A stretch of DNA of 64,000 bases, taken from assembly GCA_024643655.1 (NCBI GenBank), contig JAHEMM010000004.1, forward strand, positions 20,095-84,094. The letters run 5' to 3'. A program made the position numbers and the translations under genes. The notes beneath the pieces are model-generated. The model did not search any database. It saw only the letters and a list, made by a program, of their open reading frames with translations, and was not told the DNA's origin. This stretch comes from Chitinophagaceae bacterium. GTDB lineage: Bacteria > Bacteroidota > Bacteroidia > Chitinophagales > Chitinophagaceae. Shown here one piece after another: positions 27,014 through 36,199 of this stretch. Each line of letters opens with the position of its first letter. Within the stretch, counting starts at the first letter, position 1.

Positions 27014-28462
27014 ATGGCAGACTTTGATGCATATGAAATTGTAGTGGGTTTGGAAGTACATGCCCAGTTAATGACGCAAAGTAAATTGTTTTGTGGTGAT
27101 AGTATTGCCTACGGTGCAGCACCAAATACTCATGTAAGCCCAATAACTCTTGGACATCCAGGTACGCTGCCAAAAATGAATCGTAAAGCAATTGAGTATG
27201 CTATAAAAATGGGTTTAGCCTGTAATTGTCAGATTGAGCAGCACAATTATTTCGCCCGTAAAAATTACTTCTACCCTGATCTTCCAAAAGGCTACCAGGT
27301 TTCTCAACATACAACTCCCATTTGTAAAACAGGTTTTGTAACTATTAAAGTTGGAGATACTAAAAAAAATATCCGACTCAACAGAATCCATTTGGAAGAA
27401 GATGCAGGAAAAAGCATTCATGATATCGATAAAGAGAATACTTGTATAGATTATAACAGAGCTGGCACACCCTTGATTGAAATTGTTACCGAACCTGATT
27501 TAAGAAGTAGCGATGAAGCTTTTGCTTTTGTAAGTGAAATACGAAAACTTGTTCGCTATCTTGAAGTGTGTGATGGTAATATGGAAGAAGGAAGCCTGCG
27601 ATGTGATGCAAATATTTCAGTTAGGCTAAAAGAAGAAAAAAAGCTCGGAACCAGGGTAGAAGTAAAAAACCTTAATTCAATTCGAAATGTAAAAAGAGCT
27701 ATTGATGTTGAGGCAAAACGATTGATAGAAATAGTAGAAAGTGGCGGAACCATACAACAACAAACAAGAAGTTTTGATGCCGGTAGCGGAACTACCCAAG
27801 CCATAAGAGATAAAGAAGATGCTGATGACTATCGTTATTTTCCAGAACCCGATCTTACACCTTTTCATTTGCAGGATGAATTCATAGAGAAAATACAACG
27901 AAGTATTCCTGCCTTACCGGAGGAGAGGATAAAAAAATATATAACCGTTTATCAATTATCAGCATATGATGCTGCTGTATTAACGGAAGAGAGAATTATT
28001 TCAGATTATTTTGAACAATTAATACAACACACGGCAAATTATAAAGCTGCTGCTAATTGGATGCTGGGTCCAATCAAAACCTGGCTTAATGAGAATGAGA
28101 AAGAAATCAATGGATTCCCTTTGCAACCACAGCAAATCGTTTCTTTGATTTCGTTGATTGATGAAGGGAAAATTAGTTTCTCAGTTGCCGCTACCCGTAT
28201 ATTCCCATTAATGATATCCTTTCCTGAAAAAAGCGCTTTGTCTATAGTTATTGAAGAGAACTTATTACAGGAATCTGATGTGTCGGCAATCGGACCAATA
28301 ATTGATGAGGTACTAATTAAATTTGCAGATAAAGTAACAGCCTATAAAAATGGTAAAAAGGGATTGCTGGCATTGTTTGTTGGGGAAGTAATGAAGCGAA
28401 CAAAAGGTAAAGCCGATCCAAAAGTTACCAACAAAATACTTTTAGAAAAATTAAAATCATAA
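27014..28462 (+). CDS. gatB: Asp-tRNA(Asn)/Glu-tRNA(Gln) amidotransferase subunit B
   Basis: 482 aa with GatB motifs (GLEVHAQL, RKNYFYPDLPKGYQ, EEDAGK, RCDANISV) and a C-terminal YqeY/GatB domain. Confidence 0.95.
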   Translation: MADFDAYEIVVGLEVHAQLMTQSKLFCGDSIAYGAAPNTHVSPITLGHPGTLPKMNRKAIEYAIKMGLACNCQIEQHNYFARKNYFYPDLPKGYQVSQHTTPICKTGFVTIKVGDTKKNIRLNRIHLEEDAGKSIHDIDKENTCIDYNRAGTPLIEIVTEPDLRSSDEAFAFVSEIRKLVRYLEVCDGNMEEGSLRCDANISVRLKEEKKLGTRVEVKNLNSIRNVKRAIDVEAKRLIEIVESGGTIQQQTRSFDAGSGTTQAIRDKEDADDYRYFPEPDLTPFHLQDEFIEKIQRSIPALPEERIKKYITVYQLSAYDAAVLTEERIISDYFEQLIQHTANYKAAANWMLGPIKTWLNENEKEINGFPLQPQQIVSLISLIDEGKISFSVAATRIFPLMISFPEKSALSIVIEENLLQESDVSAIGPIIDEVLIKFADKVTAYKNGKKGLLALFVGEVMKRTKGKADPKVTNKILLEKLKS

Positions 28463-28465
28463 TTA

Positions 28466-29629
28466 ATGAATATTAAAAAATATACGGCTATTGTAGTTGT
28501 AATGGCATTGATGGTTTCCTGTACTTCAAAATCAGGAAGTAAAAAAGGACTTGAAGTAAAAGGAACAATTTCCAATAGTCCGGCGAATATGGTTTATCTG
28601 GAAGAAATTCCAATGGCTACAATGCAGCCTTCAATAGTAGATTCGGCTACTGTAGGAAGTGATGGCAAATATGTTTTAAATGCTGCTTTGGAAGAAGCAA
28701 GGGTATACAACATCAGAATGAAAGATGCAACATATCCATTAGCATCTGTTATAAATGATGTGGCAAAAATTACGTTGAATGCTACTTATAGCAAAGAGAA
28801 TAAAGATTTTCCGGATAGTTTTGAGATAAAAGGATCGACTGTAAGCCAGGAGATGAAGGATTTTATGTTGGGTTTTAATAATAAGCTGCAAGAAATTTTT
28901 ACAATTAGCCGAAAAGGCGATAGCTTACAAAAAGCAGGTGCAAGTGATAGTGTGTTGATGGGACTGCAAAATGATATTATGCAAATCGGTGCTGGTGTAA
29001 AAACAGATTTAATGACAACTATCAGCAAATCTACTAACCCTGCATTATCTATGTTGGAGCTTGGTTACTATCAAAGTACTGCAAGCAATCCGGGATTTAA
29101 TTTAGAACCTATTACTAAAGATGAAGTAAAGAAAATAGTTGATGATTTGTCTAACAAGTTTTCAAATCATCAAGGTCTGGCTGCTATCAAAAAGACATTG
29201 AAAGGAGATGAAGGTAATATGGCGCCTGAATTCAGTTTACCAGATACAAAAGGAAATGAAGTAAAACTTAGTTCTTTCAGAGGGAAATATGTATTAGTAG
29301 ATTTTTGGGCAAGTTGGTGTGGCCCTTGTCGCCAGGAAAATCCTAATGTAGTGGCTGCTTATAATAAGTTTAAAGATAAAAACTTTACTATCCTTGGTGT
29401 GTCATTAGATCGTCCAGGACAAAAAGACAAATGGTTAAAAGCAATTATGGATGATAAACTTACCTGGACACATGTAAGTGATTTACTGTTTTGGGATAGC
29501 CCGGTAGTTCCTTTATACAAGATTGAAGGAATTCCATACAATGTACTGGTAGATCCTTCTGGTAAGATTGTAGCAGAGAACTTAAGAGGGCCAGCTTTAG
29601 AAGAGAAATTAGCTGCAATTTTAAACTAG
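28466..29629 (+). CDS. TlpA family thiol:disulfide oxidoreductase lipoprotein
   Basis: 387 aa with a lipoprotein signal (VVMALMVSC), an N-terminal DUF4369-like region and a C-terminal thioredoxin fold with WASWCGPC. Confidence 0.85.
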   Translation: MNIKKYTAIVVVMALMVSCTSKSGSKKGLEVKGTISNSPANMVYLEEIPMATMQPSIVDSATVGSDGKYVLNAALEEARVYNIRMKDATYPLASVINDVAKITLNATYSKENKDFPDSFEIKGSTVSQEMKDFMLGFNNKLQEIFTISRKGDSLQKAGASDSVLMGLQNDIMQIGAGVKTDLMTTISKSTNPALSMLELGYYQSTASNPGFNLEPITKDEVKKIVDDLSNKFSNHQGLAAIKKTLKGDEGNMAPEFSLPDTKGNEVKLSSFRGKYVLVDFWASWCGPCRQENPNVVAAYNKFKDKNFTILGVSLDRPGQKDKWLKAIMDDKLTWTHVSDLLFWDSPVVPLYKIEGIPYNVLVDPSGKIVAENLRGPALEEKLAAILN

Positions 29630-29651
29630 TTTAACATTATTTAATGTCAAC

Positions 29652-29684
29652 GCCGGGTTTCTATTTTGAGGCCTGGCTTTTTTT
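29652..29684. terminator. hairpin plus T-run between convergent genes
   Basis: gccggg / cctggc form a 6-bp stem including one G-U pair, followed by 7 T. It sits between the TlpA stop (29629) and the GAF-protein stop (29697). Confidence 0.5.
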
Positions 29685-29696
29685 ATTCAATAAATT

Positions 29697-32069
29697 TTAC
29701 TCAGTAGTTGTATTTGAAAGCTCAATCATTTTATTGATAGAATTTATATTGTCAAAATTTACATCCACCCTTAAGGCCTTTAGGCCAGATACGCCTTGTA
29801 GTTCTTCCAGTTCATGTCTTTCAATACCCGATTTAATTAATTTTTTACTTTGTAAAAATTCTATGTAGGATGTATATTCTTCTGCATCTTTAGTTTGCGA
29901 ATAAACAATGGCAATTTTTCCTGGTTGTGTCAACCGTTCATTGGTTTCCTTTATTCTTACTTTGTCAATTCTTTTTTTCACAATCTCATAACGAATATTG
30001 TAAGCGCCGTCAACGTCAAATTTTCTTTCTTCTGTTCTGAAAAGGATTGCTAAAGGCTGGCTGTGACACAATAATAATTGAGTGGTTCTTAATTTGTGCG
30101 TTAAATCTGCTTCGAGTGAATGTGTGAGTCTTGCAGCTTTAGCTAATAAAGCCAATTGCCACATCCTCAGATTTCGCAAGTAAATTTCGTCAAATTTTTT
30201 ACGAGGTGAAATTGACTGCCCCATATAAATATTAAATTCAACACCATCGGTAACAAATCGTTCAAAATAATGTGGATATACTTTTTGAGCAGCTACTTGT
30301 TCTTTATCTATGTAGTGGGAAAGTGTTTGATTGATCTTTGTTATACTTTGCTCATATTGTTTACGATGGTGATACCGCATACCAGTAGCAGGATCAAGAG
30401 AAGTGAAATATTCGTCAAACTCATATTTTAATGATGGCTCTGATTTATGAAGATGTTTAAAAGCCGAAGCAACTTGACCAGTTAGAAAATCATGAATCAT
30501 TATTTCTTCTTCTGATTGCAATACATCGGAAGCTGCAATTAAATATTTTTCGATTTTGAATTCAATCTCCTGCAATAAAGGGAAAGATATCTCTGACTGT
30601 GCCTTTTTTATTGTTCGCTGTGCTAATTCCAGTTGTTCTACAATATCAGCTTTAATAGATTTTGATCGTTCTGTAGAAGAATTTCGGATGTCTATAGCAC
30701 TATACAATGGATGCACATCATCAAAAGCAATTCTTTCTATATGAGCATCTTCTTTTTTATGAAGATTAATAATATAGTTTAATGATGTTTCAGTAAACTT
30801 CCATTCTACGGATGGTTGAACAGCTGTAAACTTTTTCTTGATTATACTGTCTACATGAGAATTTAATTGTTCTAGACTTTTATCTAATCCCAGCGTAAAA
30901 AGAGGAATTGCGTTTTCAATTTTGCTGATATGTTGAGGCTTTAATCTTCCAGGTTCTTTAGCAATGATTTCTAACATGCCTATTAACTCTCCTTGTTGTT
31001 TTAATGGGCAAATAATTATGCTTTTGGCATCTGATCGATGATAATATTTCAAACATTGAATTTGTGTTAGTTGTTTACTGGTAATATTGTCAATTAAAAT
31101 GGGTTGGTCATTTTCTCTGAAAAGTAATTTACAGTAATCACTTATTTCATCTTTATCATCTGTGGCTTCTAATTTATTAAAAAGTATACTGTTTGTATTA
31201 TGAATTTCTGAGTATATATAATGGTCATTAATCTTGAAGAAAGGGGTAACACCTATCATTACATCTTTAAGTCCTATTAAAGTTTGAATATACTCCTCCA
31301 GATCTTCATACACATTTTCATCTGAAAGTGAATTATTCAATAATCTGTTTTTCATTCTGGTTATTACTTCTTGCTCTGTCATATCGTTAATACGAATGAC
31401 TGCAACTCCTTCAAAGACAAATTTATCAAGTGGAATTAATTCAGCTAATTCAGCAACTGTTAATATTCGATTACTATGAGTATCTAAAATAGTTGCTGGC
31501 ATTTCAGGTAAATCGTTAACTGGTAGTACATCAATAAAACGTCCATCTAGCCTAAACTCCATATATTTTAGTAAACCAGTTTCAGCATCATGTACTGGAT
31601 AAACAAAGCGGTTTGTTACTGGGCTGTTATATCCAAGATATTTTTTTAAGATCAACCCGAATGCAAAATGAAGTCTTTCCTGCATAATTTCTTCTGTTTC
31701 AGGACTCTCAGGAATTTTTACTTCATTTGTTTGCGGGTTTATTAATAATTCTTTGAATTTAGGAGAAACATAGACTGGAGTATTACTAAATGGAATTAAA
31801 ACGCCATACATGAAGTTAGATGTAGTAGGAGGAAAAACTGCGGATAATAATTCCTCGATTAGTTCATTATGGTGTTTTAAAGCTGACAGGTCGATTGCAG
31901 CTTCTAATAATTCAGGATGAGATTCAAATTGTTCAACTACCTGGCCGTATAACTTCTTCATCCCTGGATTCCCTTCTGCAATATTTTTCTTTAATGCCAT
32001 CACTAATGGCTTAAAGCAAAGGCGACTATTGAAAGTGTTATGATTAATATTGGCAGACCTGTTTTGCAT
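29697..32069 (-). CDS. large GAF domain-containing protein of unknown function
   Basis: 790-aa uninterrupted cytoplasmic ORF. The central segment (…IICPLKQQGELIGMLEI…) resembles a GAF fold. The N- and C-terminal ~300-aa regions are not recognised. Confidence 0.7.
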   Translation of the reverse strand: MQNRSANINHNTFNSRLCFKPLVMALKKNIAEGNPGMKKLYGQVVEQFESHPELLEAAIDLSALKHHNELIEELLSAVFPPTTSNFMYGVLIPFSNTPVYVSPKFKELLINPQTNEVKIPESPETEEIMQERLHFAFGLILKKYLGYNSPVTNRFVYPVHDAETGLLKYMEFRLDGRFIDVLPVNDLPEMPATILDTHSNRILTVAELAELIPLDKFVFEGVAVIRINDMTEQEVITRMKNRLLNNSLSDENVYEDLEEYIQTLIGLKDVMIGVTPFFKINDHYIYSEIHNTNSILFNKLEATDDKDEISDYCKLLFRENDQPILIDNITSKQLTQIQCLKYYHRSDAKSIIICPLKQQGELIGMLEIIAKEPGRLKPQHISKIENAIPLFTLGLDKSLEQLNSHVDSIIKKKFTAVQPSVEWKFTETSLNYIINLHKKEDAHIERIAFDDVHPLYSAIDIRNSSTERSKSIKADIVEQLELAQRTIKKAQSEISFPLLQEIEFKIEKYLIAASDVLQSEEEIMIHDFLTGQVASAFKHLHKSEPSLKYEFDEYFTSLDPATGMRYHHRKQYEQSITKINQTLSHYIDKEQVAAQKVYPHYFERFVTDGVEFNIYMGQSISPRKKFDEIYLRNLRMWQLALLAKAARLTHSLEADLTHKLRTTQLLLCHSQPLAILFRTEERKFDVDGAYNIRYEIVKKRIDKVRIKETNERLTQPGKIAIVYSQTKDAEEYTSYIEFLQSKKLIKSGIERHELEELQGVSGLKALRVDVNFDNINSINKMIELSNTTTE

Positions 32070-32150
32070 AAAATAAACTTTGTTAGCTTTTTGGTCTATA
32101 AAAATAACAAATTGCCACGTCTTATCCCTAAAGAGTGATTATAGTATAAT

Positions 32151-32184
32151 AAACAAAAGACATCCTGTTGTAAGCAGGATGTCT
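32151..32184 (-). terminator. rho-independent terminator of the 32202..33122 gene
   Basis: agacatcctg / caggatgtct form a 10-bp perfect stem with a 7-nt loop. On the minus strand it is followed by ttttgttt. It lies 18 nt after the stop. Confidence 0.85.
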
Positions 32185-32201
32185 AAAATCAATGAAACAC
32201 G

Positions 32202-33122
32202 TTATCTTTTTTGTCTACCTAGCGTAACGCCTATTTTTAATTGAATAGTAAAATAAGTATCATTATTCTTTGGGTTACCTCGTTTATCTCCGATTTTAGT
32301 GCCATCGTTAGGATTAATTTCTGCTTTTCTGTTAAATAATTGCTCTGCAATTGGCACCAGATTTACCGGTAGATAGTTAGGAAATAATGCAGGATCTATA
32401 TATGAAGTGCTTACATCATCAAGATAATCTGTTGTTAGAAAGCGATGAACTAGTTCAAGCCTGGTACTGATAAGTGAATTTATTTCATACCTTAAACCCA
32501 AGCCTGCAGCTATATTAAATTGTGTCAGCTGATATTGTTCTCTATCCTTGTATTCTCTGAAACCCTGACCTTCCAAACTTAAAGGCTGAAGAGAATACCA
32601 TTGACCTTTTAATTCTGCTTTTGGATCAAAAGAATAACGTCCAACCCCTGCAATAATATAAGGCGAAAATGGAAGAGGGGCATTTTCGAAATCAAATAAT
32701 GTGATAGGATGAAATTCCACACCAAGTTGTATTTCACTTATCTTACTTTTAAAACTTAAGTTCCTTTCGTAACGTCCAAAAGTAGAACTTGCTACATTTT
32801 TAAGTATACTGTCATATCCTACAACTTCTCCAAAAGTACCTTCAAGGCGTACGCCAATTAAGCCTTTGTACATTCCCATTACATAAAAGCCATAACTTGG
32901 TCGAGCTGTTTTCCAACGAAGATCTTTTATAAAGTTTTTTCCTTTTCCTTTTTTTCCTCCAAGATCAGTTAAAGCATTCATTATGCCAATCGTAGGGCCT
33001 CCTTCTACTACTATCTCGTTTTCGTAATATTTATCATTATAAAAATAATACTGTGCATGCAGGGATTTTGTAAATAAGGCAAAGAAAATAAATGCAAACA
33101 GTAATAGTTTTCTCATCCTCAA
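32202..33122 (-). CDS. outer-membrane beta-barrel protein (DUF6089-like)
   Basis: 306 aa with a signal peptide and alternating amphipathic beta-strand pattern. The family name is from memory. Confidence 0.6.
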   Translation of the reverse strand: MRMRKLLLFAFIFFALFTKSLHAQYYFYNDKYYENEIVVEGGPTIGIMNALTDLGGKKGKGKNFIKDLRWKTARPSYGFYVMGMYKGLIGVRLEGTFGEVVGYDSILKNVASSTFGRYERNLSFKSKISEIQLGVEFHPITLFDFENAPLPFSPYIIAGVGRYSFDPKAELKGQWYSLQPLSLEGQGFREYKDREQYQLTQFNIAAGLGLRYEINSLISTRLELVHRFLTTDYLDDVSTSYIDPALFPNYLPVNLVPIAEQLFNRKAEINPNDGTKIGDKRGNPKNNDTYFTIQLKIGVTLGRQKR

Positions 33123-33235
33123 TCATTTTACTTTTAAGATTAAAATAACGGCCTTTCCAGCAGGATTGGAGTGAAGGGTTGTCAAAGGGTTGGGAATCTG
33201 AAAATTAGGAATTTATTTTCTAGAATAAAATTAGT

Positions 33236-33880
33236 TTATCTTTTTTTTAAGTTGAAGTATCTGCATTTACCTTGTAAACCACATTGTTCACATTTAGGAG
33301 TTCTTGCCAGACAAACATATCGACCGTGTAAAATAAGCCAATGATGAGCTTTGTGAACAAGTATCTCAGGAATATTTTTTATCAATTCTTTTTCTACTGC
33401 AAGTGGAGTAGATGCAGATTGTGGTACAAGCCCTAATCTTTTACTTACCCTGAACACATGCGTATCAACAGCCATATTAGGCTGTTGATCTATAACAGAA
33501 GTAACTACGTTTGCAGTTTTTCTTCCTACGCCTGGCAATTGTATAAGCTCATCCACTGTCATAGGAATTTTTCCATTAAATTCTTTAACCACTTTTGTGG
33601 CCATACCAATCAGGTGTTTTGTTTTATTGTTTGGGTATGAAATACTTTTTATAAATGGAAAAAGCTCATCAAAGTTTGTTTTACTTAATGAATGAACGGT
33701 TGGAAATTTTTTATAAATAGCAGGTGTAGTCATGTTTACTCTTTTGTCTGTACATTGTGCAGAAAGAATAACTGCTACTAATAATTGATAGGGGTCATCA
33801 AAAGATAGCTCTGTCTCTGCTACCGGCATGTTTTTTTCAAAATAATCTATTACAAAATCGTATCGTTCTTTGCGGGTCAT
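33236..33880 (-). CDS. nth: endonuclease III
   Basis: 214 aa with the HhH-GPD motif LPGVGRKTANVV, a catalytic Lys/Asp context and the 4Fe-4S cluster C-x6-C-x2-C-x5-C (CLARTPKCEQCGLQGKC). Confidence 0.93.
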   Translation of the reverse strand: MTRKERYDFVIDYFEKNMPVAETELSFDDPYQLLVAVILSAQCTDKRVNMTTPAIYKKFPTVHSLSKTNFDELFPFIKSISYPNNKTKHLIGMATKVVKEFNGKIPMTVDELIQLPGVGRKTANVVTSVIDQQPNMAVDTHVFRVSKRLGLVPQSASTPLAVEKELIKNIPEILVHKAHHWLILHGRYVCLARTPKCEQCGLQGKCRYFNLKKR

Positions 33881-33946
33881 ATTGCAAAGTAAAAAAGGAA
33901 AGACGAATTAGAAGTAAAGTATTATTATTTAAAATCTTTTGGATAT

Positions 33947-33979
33947 AAATAAAAAGCATTCTGAAAACTCAGAATGCTT
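33947..33979 (-). terminator. rho-independent terminator of the 34005..34238 gene
   Basis: aagcattctga / tcagaatgctt form an 11-bp perfect stem with loop aaac. On the minus strand it is followed by tttatttat. Confidence 0.8.
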
Positions 33980-34004
33980 AAATTTTTTAATTCGAAATGT
34001 CTAG

Positions 34005-34238
34005 CTATACAGCTTCTGCTTGTTCCCTGGCATGATTAATTACATCCAATACCACCTCAGTACGAGGCGATTGAGTAATTTTATCAAGTCTTTGCATAGA
34101 AGCAACTAGTACTTGCAACTTTTCACGAAGTGTCCAATCTCTTTGCAGGGCATTGGAGATAGCTTCAGTTTTTTCAGTTGAAGTTTCTTTGTACAAATAC
34201 AATAAAAGGTCTTCAGGTGTAAAATTGGTCATTAGCAA
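34005..34238 (-). CDS. small conserved hypothetical protein
   Basis: 77-aa helical protein with its own terminator. No motif recognised. Confidence 0.5.
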   Translation of the reverse strand: MLMTNFTPEDLLLYLYKETSTEKTEAISNALQRDWTLREKLQVLVASMQRLDKITQSPRTEVVLDVINHAREQAEAV

Positions 34239-34338
34239 CCGGTTAATTTGTCCAGAAATAAGATGTTGTGTCCTGTATTGGTTATAAAAGTGTCCGGGAT
34301 ATTAACGAGGGTAGGATTGCCTTATTGTGTATGTGCTG

Positions 34339-34653
34339 CTAATTCTTTGCTTTATCGTAGTTTTCCGGTATTAAGAATATCTCTTCATTGTCTCTTTTCA
34401 TCAGATATTTTTCTCTGGCATATTTTTCCAAAGTAGCTGGGTTTGTCTTAAGTGCCTCTAATTCTTTACGTTCTGCTGCGATTTCTTTTGTAAAGTGCTG
34501 TTTGCTTTGTTCTAATTGATGTAATTCTTTCCGGCGATCTAATTGAGTAAAAAAATCATTTTTATCTAAAAAAAGCACCACAATTCCAAAAACTGTTAAT
34601 GAAATAAAGTACTTGTTTTTGAGAAAAGTAGGAATGTAGGTCAGTAATTTCAT
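34339..34653 (-). CDS. septum formation initiator family protein (FtsB/DivIC-like)
   Basis: 104 aa with one N-terminal TM helix followed by a coiled coil (LDRRKELHQLEQSKQHFTKEIAAERKELEALK). Confidence 0.7.
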   Translation of the reverse strand: MKLLTYIPTFLKNKYFISLTVFGIVVLFLDKNDFFTQLDRRKELHQLEQSKQHFTKEIAAERKELEALKTNPATLEKYAREKYLMKRDNEEIFLIPENYDKAKN

Positions 34654-34674
34654 AATTATTGGAATTCTAATTTT

Positions 34675-34719
34675 AGAAATCTGAGGTAAGTAGTCATCTG
34701 TCAGACTTCTTACCTCAGA
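34675..34719 (-). terminator. rho-independent terminator of eno
   Basis: tctgaggtaag (34680-34690) / cttacctcaga (34709-34719) form an 11-bp perfect stem. On the minus strand it is followed by tttct. It begins 10 nt after the eno stop. Confidence 0.75.
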
Positions 34720-34728
34720 CCTCAGTTA

Positions 34729-36024
<1,296 letters not shown>

Positions 36025-36199
36025 TTAATAAAATTTAAGATGAAAAAATCTTTCATTACAGGCAATCGATTTTGCAAAGAAACAGGTTTTTTGTTAATGG
36101 CCGCTTAAACCAGATTATGGTATTTGAAAAAGAACGTATTAGTCGTTGATTTGATATCAAATTCAATTACTTGATTTCAAGTATTTTTTAATAAATTTG

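Noticed and set aside
36149-36162. Perfect 14-bp palindrome atttgatatcaaat upstream of the T9SS cargo gene, with TTGATTT repeated at 36171.
   Set aside because: Palindromes of this length made only of A/T-rich sequence are expected several times by chance in 64 kb of this composition. There is no second copy or supporting context.
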